From NCBI GenBank assembly GCA_027859175.1, contig JAQIBG010000084.1:1-61235 (forward strand): a stretch of 61,235 nucleotides of DNA, read 5' to 3'. Shown here piece by piece: positions 18,147 to 28,400 of this stretch. How positions within the stretch are numbered: position 1 is the first letter of the stretch; the number at the start of each line of letters is the position of its first letter. Position numbers and translations under genes: made by a program. Source of the DNA: Planctomycetota bacterium. Its GTDB lineage: Bacteria; Planctomycetota; UBA11346. Below the pieces are notes generated by a model. That model was not told the DNA's origin. It ran no database searches and saw nothing but the letters and a program-made list of their open reading frames with translations.

Positions 18147-19013
18147 CTAGCCCGCCACCGTACAGCGCAGGCTCAGATCGAGCGCGATGACTGAATGCGT
18201 CAGGGCGCCAACCGAGATACGGTCGACCCCGGTTTCGGCCACGGCGCGGAGCGTGTCCATGGTGATGCCACCAGAGGCTTCCAGCAACACAGCTCGGTCG
18301 CCACGAATCGCCACCGCCTCGCGCAGCAGGTCGGGGCCCATGTTATCGAGCAGCACCATGTTGGCGCTGGCTTCGATCACGGGCTCCAAGTCGGCCAGAT
18401 GTTCGATCTCAACCTGCACGATTTTATCAGGCCCTACCGCCGCACGGCAGCGCCGCACCGCCTCAGCTGGCCCCGACGCACCCATCAGCGCAATGTGGTT
18501 CTCTTTGATCAGCACCTGATCGTACAATCCCATCCGATGGTTGACGCCGCCGCCCACCGCCACCGCGTGTTTCTCCAGCAGGCGCAGACCTGGCGTGGTC
18601 TTGCGGGTATCGAGCACCTTGGCCGTGGTTCCGGCAACGGTGTCGGCATAGCGCCGCGTGACGCTAGCGCTGCCCGATAGGCGCTGCATCAAGTTCAGCG
18701 CGGTGCGCTCGGCGATTAGGATGGTTCGAGCCGAGCCCGTTGCGCGCAGCACCACGGTACCGGGCGTCACCGCGTCACCGTCGGCCGCCACCGCCTCTAC
18801 CTGTACCGTGCCCGGCGCCACTGCCTCGCAGACCTGCGCGAACAAGGGCACCCCACATACCACCCCCGCCGCCTTGGCGCTCAGCACCGCATCGAGGCGG
18901 CCGTCAGCGGGCACGCAACTGGCCACGGTCAGGTCGTCGGCACCGGCGAGGTCTTCCTCAAGGGCGCGGCGGATCAAGGTGTCGGTGCTGGGATCGGCGT
19001 AGGGGTTGGACAT
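18147..19013 (-). CDS. nadC: Nicotinate-nucleotide diphosphorylase (quinolinate phosphoribosyltransferase)
   Basis: ALEED, ERTALNLMQRLSG, DTRKTTPGLR, NHRMGLYD, LIKENH, LLDNM, EASGGI, ISVGALTHS. Confidence 0.96.
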   Translation of the reverse strand: MSNPYADPSTDTLIRRALEEDLAGADDLTVASCVPADGRLDAVLSAKAAGVVCGVPLFAQVCEAVAPGTVQVEAVAADGDAVTPGTVVLRATGSARTILIAERTALNLMQRLSGSASVTRRYADTVAGTTAKVLDTRKTTPGLRLLEKHAVAVGGGVNHRMGLYDQVLIKENHIALMGASGPAEAVRRCRAAVGPDKIVQVEIEHLADLEPVIEASANMVLLDNMGPDLLREAVAIRGDRAVLLEASGGITMDTLRAVAETGVDRISVGALTHSVIALDLSLRCTVAG

Positions 19014-19118
19014 GGGCAGGGATTGTGCGACCGAGCGGCCCCTGCCCAGCATCGTTTGCCGGTGCGGGCCTCCAATTTCGCATTCCGTATCCAAAGCAGG
19101 CAACAGGATCATCGCCCC

Positions 19119-19949
19119 ATGCGGATCGGGCCCTACCTGCATCTGATGCGAACCGCCTTCCTCAAGCTGATGGCGTATCGCATGCGCTACGTCACCGGGA
19201 TCGCGACCTACGCGATCTTCGTGGGTGTGCAGTATTTCATCTGGAAGGCCGTGTTCGCAGCACGCGAGATGGCCCCAGGCGAGCAACTCGCCGGGCTCGA
19301 TTTCCCTAGCCTCGTCACCTACATCGCCATTGGCTACATCGCCCGTGCCGCCTACTACAACAACCTTGATAGCGAGATTGCGGCGCGCTTCCAAAACGGC
19401 CAAGTGGTGATGGACCTACTCCGGCCACTATCGTTCCACGGCAATTTCCTCGCTCAGGCCGCCGGCGAAACGGCATTCCGCGTCCTTTTCTTTGCGCTGC
19501 CGATGAGCCTGCTGATCTTCCCGCTGTTTGGGGTACACCCACCGGGTGCCGATGGGTGGTGGCAGTTCCCATTGCTGTTTTTGCTCGCGTTTTGGATCAA
19601 CGCTGAGTTCAACCTCCTAGTTGGCACCTGCGCGTTCTTCCTCGAAGACATCACCGGCCTGATGAGCCTGAAGCGTAACCTCGTCATGCTTGCCTCTGGC
19701 CTGCTGGTTCCGCTCCACTTCATGCGCGACCTGCTCGGCGACACCGCGATCAAGGTGATCACCGCATTACCCTTTGCCCTGATCGGCTATTATCCCGTGC
19801 TGGCCTACGTGGGCCAACTCGGCATCGATGGCACCCCTGGCTTCAGCGACGCACTGATGCTCGGTCTCATTTGGGGCCTGGGCTTTCGCTGCCTTAATCT
19901 CGCAATGTGGGCCTGGGCCAAACGGCGACTCGAAATCCAAGGCGGCTAA
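19119..19949 (+). CDS. ABC-2 family transporter permease (DUF990-like)
   Basis: MAYR, IWKAVF, NGQVVMDLLRP, ASGLLVPL, LPF..IGYYP, terminal EIQGG. Confidence 0.85.
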   Translation: MRIGPYLHLMRTAFLKLMAYRMRYVTGIATYAIFVGVQYFIWKAVFAAREMAPGEQLAGLDFPSLVTYIAIGYIARAAYYNNLDSEIAARFQNGQVVMDLLRPLSFHGNFLAQAAGETAFRVLFFALPMSLLIFPLFGVHPPGADGWWQFPLLFLLAFWINAEFNLLVGTCAFFLEDITGLMSLKRNLVMLASGLLVPLHFMRDLLGDTAIKVITALPFALIGYYPVLAYVGQLGIDGTPGFSDALMLGLIWGLGFRCLNLAMWAWAKRRLEIQGG

Positions 19950-19951
19950 GT

Positions 19952-20449
19952 ATGCGTCCTCTCTTGTTCATCATCACCATGCTCACGCTTGTGGCGTGCA
20001 CGCCCCAGGAGCACCTCAACGAGCTCGACCCCGCAATGCGCCAGGAGGTAGACACTGCGCTGCGCAGTTGCTACGCCGAACTCGACCTGAGCGATGACCA
20101 ACTCCCACCCGAACGCGAGACCCGCTGGCAAGTCGAGCTCATGGCCCAGGCCGCGCGCAATGCCGCGCCCGCCTTGGCGCAGATTCGCGCCGGCACCATG
20201 AGCGACGAGCAACTCCGCAGCCTCGGCACGGCAATCATCACCATGTTGAAACAGCGCGACGGCGACGACACCGAGGCGCCACTCATCCTGCAACACCTGC
20301 TCGACCCCAAAACCGATCTCAGCCCCGCCAAACGCGTGCTCCTGCTCGGCGCAATCAATCGCGTTGTAACGGAAAATTTCTTAAACATCAGCCCTGAGCA
20401 GACGCAGCTTCTCGGGAAGCCTGAACGCCAGACCAGGCCTGGTGGGTAG
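19952..20449 (+). CDS. Hypothetical lipoprotein
   Basis: MRPLLFIITMLTLVAC lipobox; starts 2 nt after the permease stop. Confidence 0.7.
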   Translation: MRPLLFIITMLTLVACTPQEHLNELDPAMRQEVDTALRSCYAELDLSDDQLPPERETRWQVELMAQAARNAAPALAQIRAGTMSDEQLRSLGTAIITMLKQRDGDDTEAPLILQHLLDPKTDLSPAKRVLLLGAINRVVTENFLNISPEQTQLLGKPERQTRPGG

Positions 20450-20451
20450 TC

Positions 20452-20617
20452 GGGTTCCTGGTTCCTGGTTCCTAGTGCGCGCTTCGCGCGTTGGATGCCG
20501 GCAGGTGCTCGCGAGCGGGAAACTCTGGCATCCTACGCCGCCGGTCGGGAGCAGTGACCACGCCCACGACGCGCCGCAGGCGCGCACCAGGAACCAGGAA
20601 CTAGGAACCAGGAACCC
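20452..20617. repeat. Intergenic element with inverted (GGTTCCT)n / (AGGAACC)n heptamer arms
   Basis: GGGTTCCTGGTTCCTGGTTCCTAGTGCGCGC ... GCGCGCACCAGGAACCAGGAACTAGGAACCAGGAACCC; inner GGATGCC..GGCATCC stem. Confidence 0.88.
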
Positions 20618-20626
20618 CAGGCTTAA

Positions 20627-21067
20627 CTAAGCGGGCACCCCAGACACAAAGTAAGCAAGAACCGCGAGAACGTAGGCGGACAGGCCAACCACCAGCACCG
20701 AGAGCTGAAATAAATACATGCGGGTTTTGCGATCGCGGTAGGCGATAGCGGTGGCCAAGGAGCCGGGGTCGGTGACAAGTTGGGTCATCCAGCGAATGCG
20801 CAGGGTGCCAAGCAGGATCAAAATTACTGAGATCAACACCACCGCGAGGCCAATGACCAAAGACCACCGCGCGAGCTCGCCTGATGCGGCAATACGGGGG
20901 CCCGAGAAACCGGTAATGGTCAGGGTAATTGTGGCCAGGGTCAGCAACAGCTGACTGCGTGATTGCAGCACGCCGAATTGCCGCGTCAGCACGTCCAAGC
21001 AACGGCTCAGATCACCCTCGTACAGCACCATCAAGTGGCGCGCTTCGTTCGCGGCGTCCATCGTCAC
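20627..21067 (-). CDS. Hypothetical 3-TM membrane protein
   Basis: Three hydrophobic segments; start overlaps the UDG stop codon. Confidence 0.75.
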   Translation of the reverse strand: MTMDAANEARHLMVLYEGDLSRCLDVLTRQFGVLQSRSQLLLTLATITLTITGFSGPRIAASGELARWSLVIGLAVVLISVILILLGTLRIRWMTQLVTDPGSLATAIAYRDRKTRMYLFQLSVLVVGLSAYVLAVLAYFVSGVPA

Positions 21068-21873
21068 TATCCTCGCTTCGGCGGTTCTTTACCCAAGAAC
21101 GCAAGCACCGCCTTGAGATCTTCCCAGCATGGCTTCTTGCCCGCGTCATTGCGCAGCAGGTAGCTCGGATGGAAAGTCGGAATCACGGTATAGCCACGAT
21201 ACTCAAAGGGCTTGCCGCGCAGCCGCGTGATGCCGGCCTGGGGGTTGCCACTCAGGGCGCGTAACGGCGTATTGCCCAGGGTGCAGATGACTTTGGGCTG
21301 CAGCGCCTCGATCTGCCGCTCGAGGTAGGGCAGGCAGTCGGCCACTTCGCCAGGCTCGGGGGCGCGGTTGCCGGGCGGGCGGCATTTCACCACGTTGGCG
21401 ATGTAAACCTGCTCGCGCGCGTAGCCCATCGCCACGATCATGCGATCCAGGAGCTGCCCGGCGGCACCAACGAAGGGGCGCCCCTGGCGATCCTCATCGG
21501 CCCCAGGGCCTTCACCAATGAACAGGATGTCTGGCTGCGCGGCACCCTCACCCGGCACCACCTTGGTGCGCTTGGCACACAGACCGCACCGCTCGCAGGC
21601 GCTGATCCGCTCCACGATGGCAGCGAGGACCTCGGCGCCGTGCACGGTGCTGGGAATATCAGCAACCGGGTGCGGCTTGACCGACGGCGCCGGCGAAGCC
21701 ACGGCAGGCGCTTCATCAGCCCCACGCTTGGCGCCCACGCCACCAGGACGCTGGGCCGGGGCCGGCTGTTCTGATTCCGGCGGCTTGGGCAGCGATTCGA
21801 CACCAAACCAGTGGTCGGCCTCCAGCAACTGCTTGAGGTTCCGCAACAGATCGACTGGCCGATCATCGTCCAT
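21067..21873 (-). CDS. Uracil-DNA glycosylase, family 4 (4Fe-4S)
   Basis: CERCGLC, FIGEGPGADED..GRPFVGAAG, NVVKCRPP.NR, TFHPSYLLR. Confidence 0.95.
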   Translation of the reverse strand: MDDDRPVDLLRNLKQLLEADHWFGVESLPKPPESEQPAPAQRPGGVGAKRGADEAPAVASPAPSVKPHPVADIPSTVHGAEVLAAIVERISACERCGLCAKRTKVVPGEGAAQPDILFIGEGPGADEDRQGRPFVGAAGQLLDRMIVAMGYAREQVYIANVVKCRPPGNRAPEPGEVADCLPYLERQIEALQPKVICTLGNTPLRALSGNPQAGITRLRGKPFEYRGYTVIPTFHPSYLLRNDAGKKPCWEDLKAVLAFLGKEPPKRG

Positions 21874-21984
21874 GCCCGGATGTTAACGGCGCTCGCGAAA
21901 ACAACAGTCGAGGCTCGGGGCCTGCGACCAGCTGCCCAAACCGAGGATTGCCGCCACTCACCTACGCTCCATACTGACCCCCTC

Positions 21985-23094
21985 ATGCCCGACGCCGCCG
22001 CCTATCTCCGCCTGGCTCTCGTTCCCGGCCTGGGTTCGATCACGGCCCACCGCCTGCTCGATATCGTCGATACGCCGGCTGAGGTATTCAATCTCCCGAT
22101 GCGCAACCTGCAGGCCGTTGATGGCATTGGCGGCGAACGGGCGCGCCGCATCGTTGATCCGCGAGGCAACGAAACTGTGGAGGCCGAACAGGCCCGCTGT
22201 CACCAACTAGGCCTGCGTATCGTCACCCTGGCTGACCCAGACTACCCCAAGGCCCTGCGTGCGCTGTCGGATCCGCCGCTCGCCCTGTGGATCAAGGGCA
22301 GCTACGAAGAGCAAGACCGGGTTGGCATCGCGGTGGTGGGTCCACGCACGCCGTCATCCTACGGTCACCGTCAGGCGCGCCTGTTCAGCCAAGGCCTGGC
22401 GCGCGGCGGAGCCACCGTGATCTCCGGCCTGGCCCGGGGCATCGATACCGTTGCCCACGAAGCAGCGCTCGCGGTCAACGGACGCACCATCGCCGTGATC
22501 GGTTCTGGCTTCGATCATCTGTATCCCAAAGAAAATGCCGACCTGGCCGAGCGTATTGCCGACGGCCACGGCTGCGTGTTATCTGAATTCCCCTGCGCTA
22601 CGCGCCCTAACCAGGGCACCTTCCCGCGCCGCAATCGCGTGGTCGCAGCGCTGGCCCTGGCCACCCTGGTGATCGAGGCCGGGCAGCGCTCGGGCGCCCT
22701 GATTACCGCGCGCTTGTCGGGCGAGCTCGGCAAAGAAGCGCTGGTGCTGCCGGGCCCAATCGATCGGCCCGAACACGTCGGTTCAAACAAACTGCTGCGC
22801 GATGGTGCAACCCTGATCACCAGCCTCGACGACGTCTACCAGGAACTACCGCCCTTGGCGACCATGGCCGCAGCCAGCACCGCCGGCCCGGCCGACGAGA
22901 ACAACAGCCACACCACCAGTCTCAGTCAACGCGAGCGCGACATCTACAAACTGCTGTCCGACGATCCGCGCAGCGTTGATGACCTGCAACGGGTATGCCA
23001 ACTGCCCAGCTCCCAGGTCACAGCCACGATGATCTCGCTCGAGCTGCGCCGCCTTGCCAGGAAGACGCCCGGCGGGTACGTGCGGGCTTTGTAA
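21985..23094 (+). CDS. dprA: DNA-processing protein DprA
   Basis: YPKALRALSDPP, AVVGPR, ISGLARGIDTVAH, FPRRNR, VIEAGQRSGALITA, C-terminal winged helix. Confidence 0.95.
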   Translation: MPDAAAYLRLALVPGLGSITAHRLLDIVDTPAEVFNLPMRNLQAVDGIGGERARRIVDPRGNETVEAEQARCHQLGLRIVTLADPDYPKALRALSDPPLALWIKGSYEEQDRVGIAVVGPRTPSSYGHRQARLFSQGLARGGATVISGLARGIDTVAHEAALAVNGRTIAVIGSGFDHLYPKENADLAERIADGHGCVLSEFPCATRPNQGTFPRRNRVVAALALATLVIEAGQRSGALITARLSGELGKEALVLPGPIDRPEHVGSNKLLRDGATLITSLDDVYQELPPLATMAAASTAGPADENNSHTTSLSQRERDIYKLLSDDPRSVDDLQRVCQLPSSQVTATMISLELRRLARKTPGGYVRAL

Positions 23095-23096
23095 AT

Positions 23097-23374
23097 AGGT
23101 CCTGGGTCCTGGGACGCGCCTGGCGGCGCTTGGGTCGTGGGGACGGCCGGCCGTACTACGCGGTCATTTGGACAGGGCACGCCTAAGACTGCTTGCAGGC
23201 AGACCGGACCCAAGGACCAGGATGTGAAATAGAGGTCCTGGGTCCTGGGACGCGCTTGGCGGCGCTTGGGTCGTGGGGGACAGCCAGCCGCACTGCACGG
23301 TCATTTGGGCAGGGCACGGGGCAGCCAGCCCCGCGCCTAAGCCTGCTTGCAGGCGGACCAGGACCCAGGACCAG
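23097..23374. repeat. Two tandem copies (~135 bp) of an element with GGTCCTG / CAGGACC heptamer arms
   Basis: Copies start at 23097 and 23233 with AGGTCCTGGGTCCTGGGACGCGC, share CGGTCATTTGG and CTGCTTGCAGGC, and end in GGACCCA(A)GGACCAG. Confidence 0.88.
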
Positions 23375-23503
23375 TAAGACCACGCAGTGCCGAGTCCTAG
23401 AACACGTTAAGAACCATCCCCCTACAAGCGTGGCACCGCATGGCCACATGGTGCGGGTTTTTCACCTGCACGAAGGCCACCGAGCACCTAGCATACTGGC
23501 GAT

Positions 23504-24418
23504 ATGGCTCACTCTGGTCCTTCGCCCACTGTCCCCGTCTGCCTGACGATCTCGGCCGTCGACACCACCGGTGCGACCCTAGCCCAGGCTGACCTCAAAA
23601 CCTTTACCGCTCTCGGCACCTATGGCGCGATCATCGCCACCGGCGTGCTCGCCGACAGTTTTACCGGCCATGACCATAGCCAATCGGTTCCTGAGAGCCT
23701 CCTGCGCGAAACGCTCGAGAAGATCGACGACTGCTTCACCGTGAGCGCGGTCAAGGTGGGCATGGTCCCCACCCCTGGCCAGATCCGCGTGGTCGGCCGC
23801 TGGCTGCGCGCTCACCCCACCATCCCGGTGGTGATCGACCCCGTCCTCACCGACCAAGTCGGCATCCCACAGATGGCCCCGGAAGTCATCCTCGCCATGC
23901 AGGGCGAACTCCTGCCGCGGGCCGCCTTGATCACGCCCAACCGTTTCGAGGCAGCCCAATTGGCCGGCTTCGAAGAGGTCCTGATCGAAGAAGACATGAT
24001 CACCGTGGCCAAGCAGCTGTTTAACACCTACGGCTGCCAAACCGTGGTGACCGGCGGCGGCCTTGGCGAAACCAGCCTCGACGTATTCGCCGGCATGGAC
24101 GGCGTGCGCCGCTTCACCGCGCCTGCGGTCACCATGGCCGATGGCAAGGTGGTTGGCGCCGGCTGCACCTACGCCGCCGCGATCACCGCCCAATTGGCAC
24201 GCGGCGAGTCGATGCGCGAATCGATTCAGGCAGCCAAGAGCTACGTGCTCGCGCTGATTCGCGCCACGGCGCCCTTGTGTACCGACAACTTGGCCCACCC
24301 GCTGTGCCACTTCATGGCGGTAGACAGCCTCGCCCAGGCCGACGGCGTTGGCATTTCGGCTGCGAGTTCGAGCGACCGGCTGCAAATTCCGAAGACCGAT
24401 CGCCACCAGCGCCGCTGA
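23504..24418 (+). CDS. ThiD-like hydroxymethylpyrimidine/phosphomethylpyrimidine kinase family protein (divergent)
   Basis: QADLKTF, AVKVGM, VVIDPV, ITPNRFEA, GAGCTYAAAITAQLARG. Confidence 0.8.
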   Translation: MAHSGPSPTVPVCLTISAVDTTGATLAQADLKTFTALGTYGAIIATGVLADSFTGHDHSQSVPESLLRETLEKIDDCFTVSAVKVGMVPTPGQIRVVGRWLRAHPTIPVVIDPVLTDQVGIPQMAPEVILAMQGELLPRAALITPNRFEAAQLAGFEEVLIEEDMITVAKQLFNTYGCQTVVTGGGLGETSLDVFAGMDGVRRFTAPAVTMADGKVVGAGCTYAAAITAQLARGESMRESIQAAKSYVLALIRATAPLCTDNLAHPLCHFMAVDSLAQADGVGISAASSSDRLQIPKTDRHQRR

Positions 24419-24480
24419 GCCTTCCTGGCACGGGCTAGGCCTGAGCACCTTCAACCTGGGCCAAGCCAGCTCAGCCAGAG

Positions 24481-25437
24481 CTAACGTTTCTGCAGTTGGT
24501 AGCGCAATTCCCAGCGCTGCGTTGCGCCCGGCTCCACCTGAATCGCAACGTAGGGCTCTGGGCACACCACCTTGCCAGTGGCATAGAACTCGAAGCGATC
24601 AACAGCACCGGTTCCGCTATACACCAAGGCCACACCGGGGGCCTCAACGGTAAACGCGTTGTCGCCCGCTTGAGCCTTGGGGAATGGCGTCCACAGGGTG
24701 CGCTTCAAGGGCGCTGGGAACGCGATCCGCTGATCAACCAAAGTTGTCGCACCAGCGAAATTTTTGACCCGGTCTTCGCGTGGGGTCGGATCGAAAGGCA
24801 AGGCCACTGCCAAGCCAGGGCCCACCGGATGGCCATCGATGCTAATAAAGTTGTGGGCGTAATGATCGGTCACCAGGGCGGCTTTGCCGTTGTTGGTCAG
24901 CGCATGGCTGATTACCACCGCCGGACTGTCAGCAGCCACCGTCACGCTCACCACGTAGGTATAGGCGTAGCCACCAGCCTTCAGCGTCTGCGTCGACACC
25001 ACCGCCGTATCGCTGGCCTCGTTCACCCACACCGGCACTTTGGCCAGGGCATAGCTGTTGTTGAATTTATAGTCTTTGTCATCGGGCTTGGTAATGAGCC
25101 CCACGCCCACCTTCAACGCGGTGCCACCAGGCTTGGCTTCAGCAAATCCGACCGCAGCGCGCAAACCGAATTCGGCCGCGGTTCCGATGCCGTGCTCGGG
25201 ATGGGTCGGATTATGGGGCGTCCGCCAGGGCGCGAACACCGTGTGCCCCTGCCAACGGATCTCTGAAACCATGCCGGCCCAACAAAAGCGCGAGCCGCGA
25301 TAAAAGCCCGTCTCGGCATCGGGCAGATACACGCTGGCCTCAAGCCCATCGGCACCGGTGAGCACCGCGTGCGGATACTCGCTGGCCGCAAGACCAAGGG
25401 CCAGCACGCATACACTTAAGCACGACAAAACACGCAT
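24481..25437 (-). CDS. Secreted galactose-mutarotase/aldose-epimerase-like protein
   Basis: Signal peptide; YLPDAETGFYRGSRF.W.GMV, YAHNF, VCPEPY, W...Y terminus. Confidence 0.6.
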   Translation of the reverse strand: MRVLSCLSVCVLALGLAASEYPHAVLTGADGLEASVYLPDAETGFYRGSRFCWAGMVSEIRWQGHTVFAPWRTPHNPTHPEHGIGTAAEFGLRAAVGFAEAKPGGTALKVGVGLITKPDDKDYKFNNSYALAKVPVWVNEASDTAVVSTQTLKAGGYAYTYVVSVTVAADSPAVVISHALTNNGKAALVTDHYAHNFISIDGHPVGPGLAVALPFDPTPREDRVKNFAGATTLVDQRIAFPAPLKRTLWTPFPKAQAGDNAFTVEAPGVALVYSGTGAVDRFEFYATGKVVCPEPYVAIQVEPGATQRWELRYQLQKR

Positions 25438-25454
25438 GACAATACCTAACGACC

Positions 25455-28400
25455 TCAAGGACGGTGGAACAATTGCTCGGTAGGCAGCGGCGCCTTGGGC
25501 TGACCATGGGGCCGCCAGAATGCCTCTAAATGCTCGCCGCCGCTGTTTTCAAAGAACTCAACCGCGATTGGATAGAAGCCTGGTTTGAGCGTCACGGTAC
25601 CGAAACGCTCTTCGGCACCGTGCAGGCCATCGTTATTCACAACCACCTCATCGCCAATCAGCATTCGGCTGCCATCATCCGACACCAAGGAGAAGGTGTA
25701 AAAGTTCATTTCGTCAACGCGAATATAACCCATGAAACGCAGGCCGATATGTTCGCGATGCTCGGTCACGGAAAGGTCTACCTTGGTGGTGACCCCGCTC
25801 TCGGCGATTTCGACGTTTTCAAAGTCGGGGATCTTATCCCAAGAACCCCGGAACTGATCGACCACAAGGCCGGCCGCCAATTCGCTTGGCTCCAAGCGCT
25901 CAGGTTCAGCCACGCCCTTGTGGCCCTTTGTCTCCATCACCTCGATATCACGCACCGCACCCTTGCCGTCGCGCTCAACAATATCCAACTGGAAGGTCCA
26001 GCCGCCGTTTGAGCCCATGGTCTGCTCAACCAAGATGGCGCTCCAGCCCTTGGCCAACCACACCACCGGTGGTTGCGCAAACGTGCCGCGATGAGCAGAA
26101 CCAGCAAACCGACGGTTGACCCAGATGCGCGACGGGCCGTCACCAGCAAACTCGAGCGCCACCTGACGCTGATCGGGTGACTTGACCCACACCACGGCAT
26201 ACGCGATCGAGGGTTCGAGCGGATTACCTAACCAATGCGCCAGCGGAACCCGCGCGGTTGAACACGTGAGCGGCGTCCAACTCAAAGTACGATCCGGCAT
26301 CCGGTAGCGCTCTTTGAGCGTTATCTGGCGCAAACGCGGCGGCAACGGCACACCATAATCGTACTCCTGCAGGCTCACCTGCGGGAACGGCCCCACCACG
26401 TGAAAATCGCGCACGTAGTCATGATCACGATACAACTCGGCGCGGCGGAATGCGTAGGCATCGCGCCAGGGAATCTTGGCCCGCGTCATCATCGCATCCA
26501 TCTTCGCGCGGCGTTCATTCTCGTCCGAATACACCCTGCCGGCCCGCCCCCACCATTCCTTCATGATGGTTGCTGAGCGCGGGTGATCAGGGGTCTGCGT
26601 CAAGAACAACTCCAAGGCCTCTAAGGCCGCGTCGTTATCAAGGCCACGCGCGCGAATGAGCGCCGAACAGAACCCGGCAGCGGCATAGGCCTTGCCCATG
26701 CGCGGCAGCACCTCGGTAAAGAGACGCTGCGCCTCTTCTGGGGTCAATTCTGGGCTCTCTGGCCAATCCCACTTTTCTAAGTGCCGCATGTCGGGCTTTT
26801 TCTCTGCCGTCGCGTACTTGCGATAAAATGAAACCACCGGTTCGGCGAAACCAAGCTCCTTGGCAAATTCCTCAACCTGCGGCAAAGGCTTGGCACCAGC
26901 CCTGGGTGGTGCCAATACGGTATGCAGTCGAATCAACACCATGGCGCCAAAGGCATCGGCGGTGTGACCAGCCACAACATCACGCACAAAATCTTTGCCC
27001 GCTGGCCAGTCGCCGATGTGGACCTCCATAGTGTCGATCAAGAATGTGTGGGCCTCAGACATCTTCGGCATCACGCTCGCCAGTTCGACACCGGCCTTTT
27101 CCTGGACCGGCGTGGCATGATGCAGGCGCAAGGTTGTGCGCGGCCATGCCACGCGCGGTACACCATCGCGCATTCCGGCCACAGCCAGAATAACATCATC
27201 AGCCAAACGACGCTTGGGGTCGCTAACCGAATCAATCGGTATCGCCACCTCCACCACCCAACGCTCAAGCGCTAGGTCATAGCGCATCGCCGCCTGGGTT
27301 TCCTTCGGCACAGTACCGCGCAATGCCACCTGACCATCGGCGCCAATGCCAACCGCAATGATGCGATCAATGTCATCGCCGTCTTTGCCGGGGTACTCGT
27401 TGCCGCGCACTTGTAGTTCAATCCACTCGCCACCGCCGCCGTAACGCCCCGCTCCAATCAGATTCCGCCCTTCGGCACCATCCCATTGCACGCCAATCAG
27501 CAGGTTATCGCGATCATGGGTAACGCGAAGCACGCCATTGCGCACCTCGCGTTGGTAATGCGCGAAGTCAGACCACTCATCCAGATCACCGTCCAAGGCC
27601 AAGCGCGTATCCAACGGAAAAGCGACGCCAATCTCGTGGCCCGCGCGGCCCTCGCCAATCGGAACCTGTGTGTAATCAACCCGGCGCACTTCACCCGGGC
27701 CGCTCACCCAGGCATAGCCATCACGCCACAAGATCTGGTTGCTCCACTTCGGACGGGCGACACCGGGCGGTTGATTCTTATCGTCACTACGGAAGTCCCA
27801 GGTGTGCGGCGCCAGATCTGGCAAGGACAGGCGGCCCAGATGAGCCCCATCAGCGCCAAATCGATCAATCGCCAGGTGATCAGCATCATTGGGCGCCCCT
27901 TCGGCCGCCTGCCAGCGCCCGCGACTGCTCACCATGAGGCGGTGGCGGCGACTGAGCACCAAGAGTTCTTTGCCAAGCGCGTGCCATTCCCTGGGCTCAA
28001 ACTCGTGCCCGGCAACGCTGCGCGGGAAGTCAAATCGCTTCTGCTCTTTGAAGTCATCACCGATACGGATCAGCAGGTCGCGCTGCGCGCGATAGAAACC
28101 GGCATCTGCGGCGACATAGTTCTCGTCATTATTCTCATGGATCTTCAAGGGTTTGTCGCGGTCGTGACGGAAGAAGCCCCACATATCATTCTTCTGCTTG
28201 GAGTGGTTGTACCCACGCCCAATCAGGGCCACAGCGCGCTGACCAGCAACCGACCACCGCAGGCTAGAATTGCGATCCCGAAGGAAATGCATGTCAGACC
28301 CATGATTGACCACCTTGCCCTTGGCCAGATCTACCGACACCACCTCGCCATTGGTTAAGCCAGTCCAGAAGATCGAATCCTCTTGCTTGGTCGCTTTGCT

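Noticed and set aside
19014-19403. N-terminal extensions given by the ORF track (nadC to 19403, desaturase to 4180, dprA from 21811)
   Set aside because: They overlap divergent genes; family motifs begin at the downstream ATGs
20381-20630. Short ORFs across the heptamer elements (also 2627-2990, 23183-23546, 50502-50988, 52567-52813)
   Set aside because: Translations simply mirror the DNA repeats; no RBS or family motifs
17247-23094. Competence/type IV pilus locus from the pilin-like gene plus dprA
   Set aside because: The pilin is DUF1559-type, is not in an operon with dprA, and no pil/com machinery genes are present
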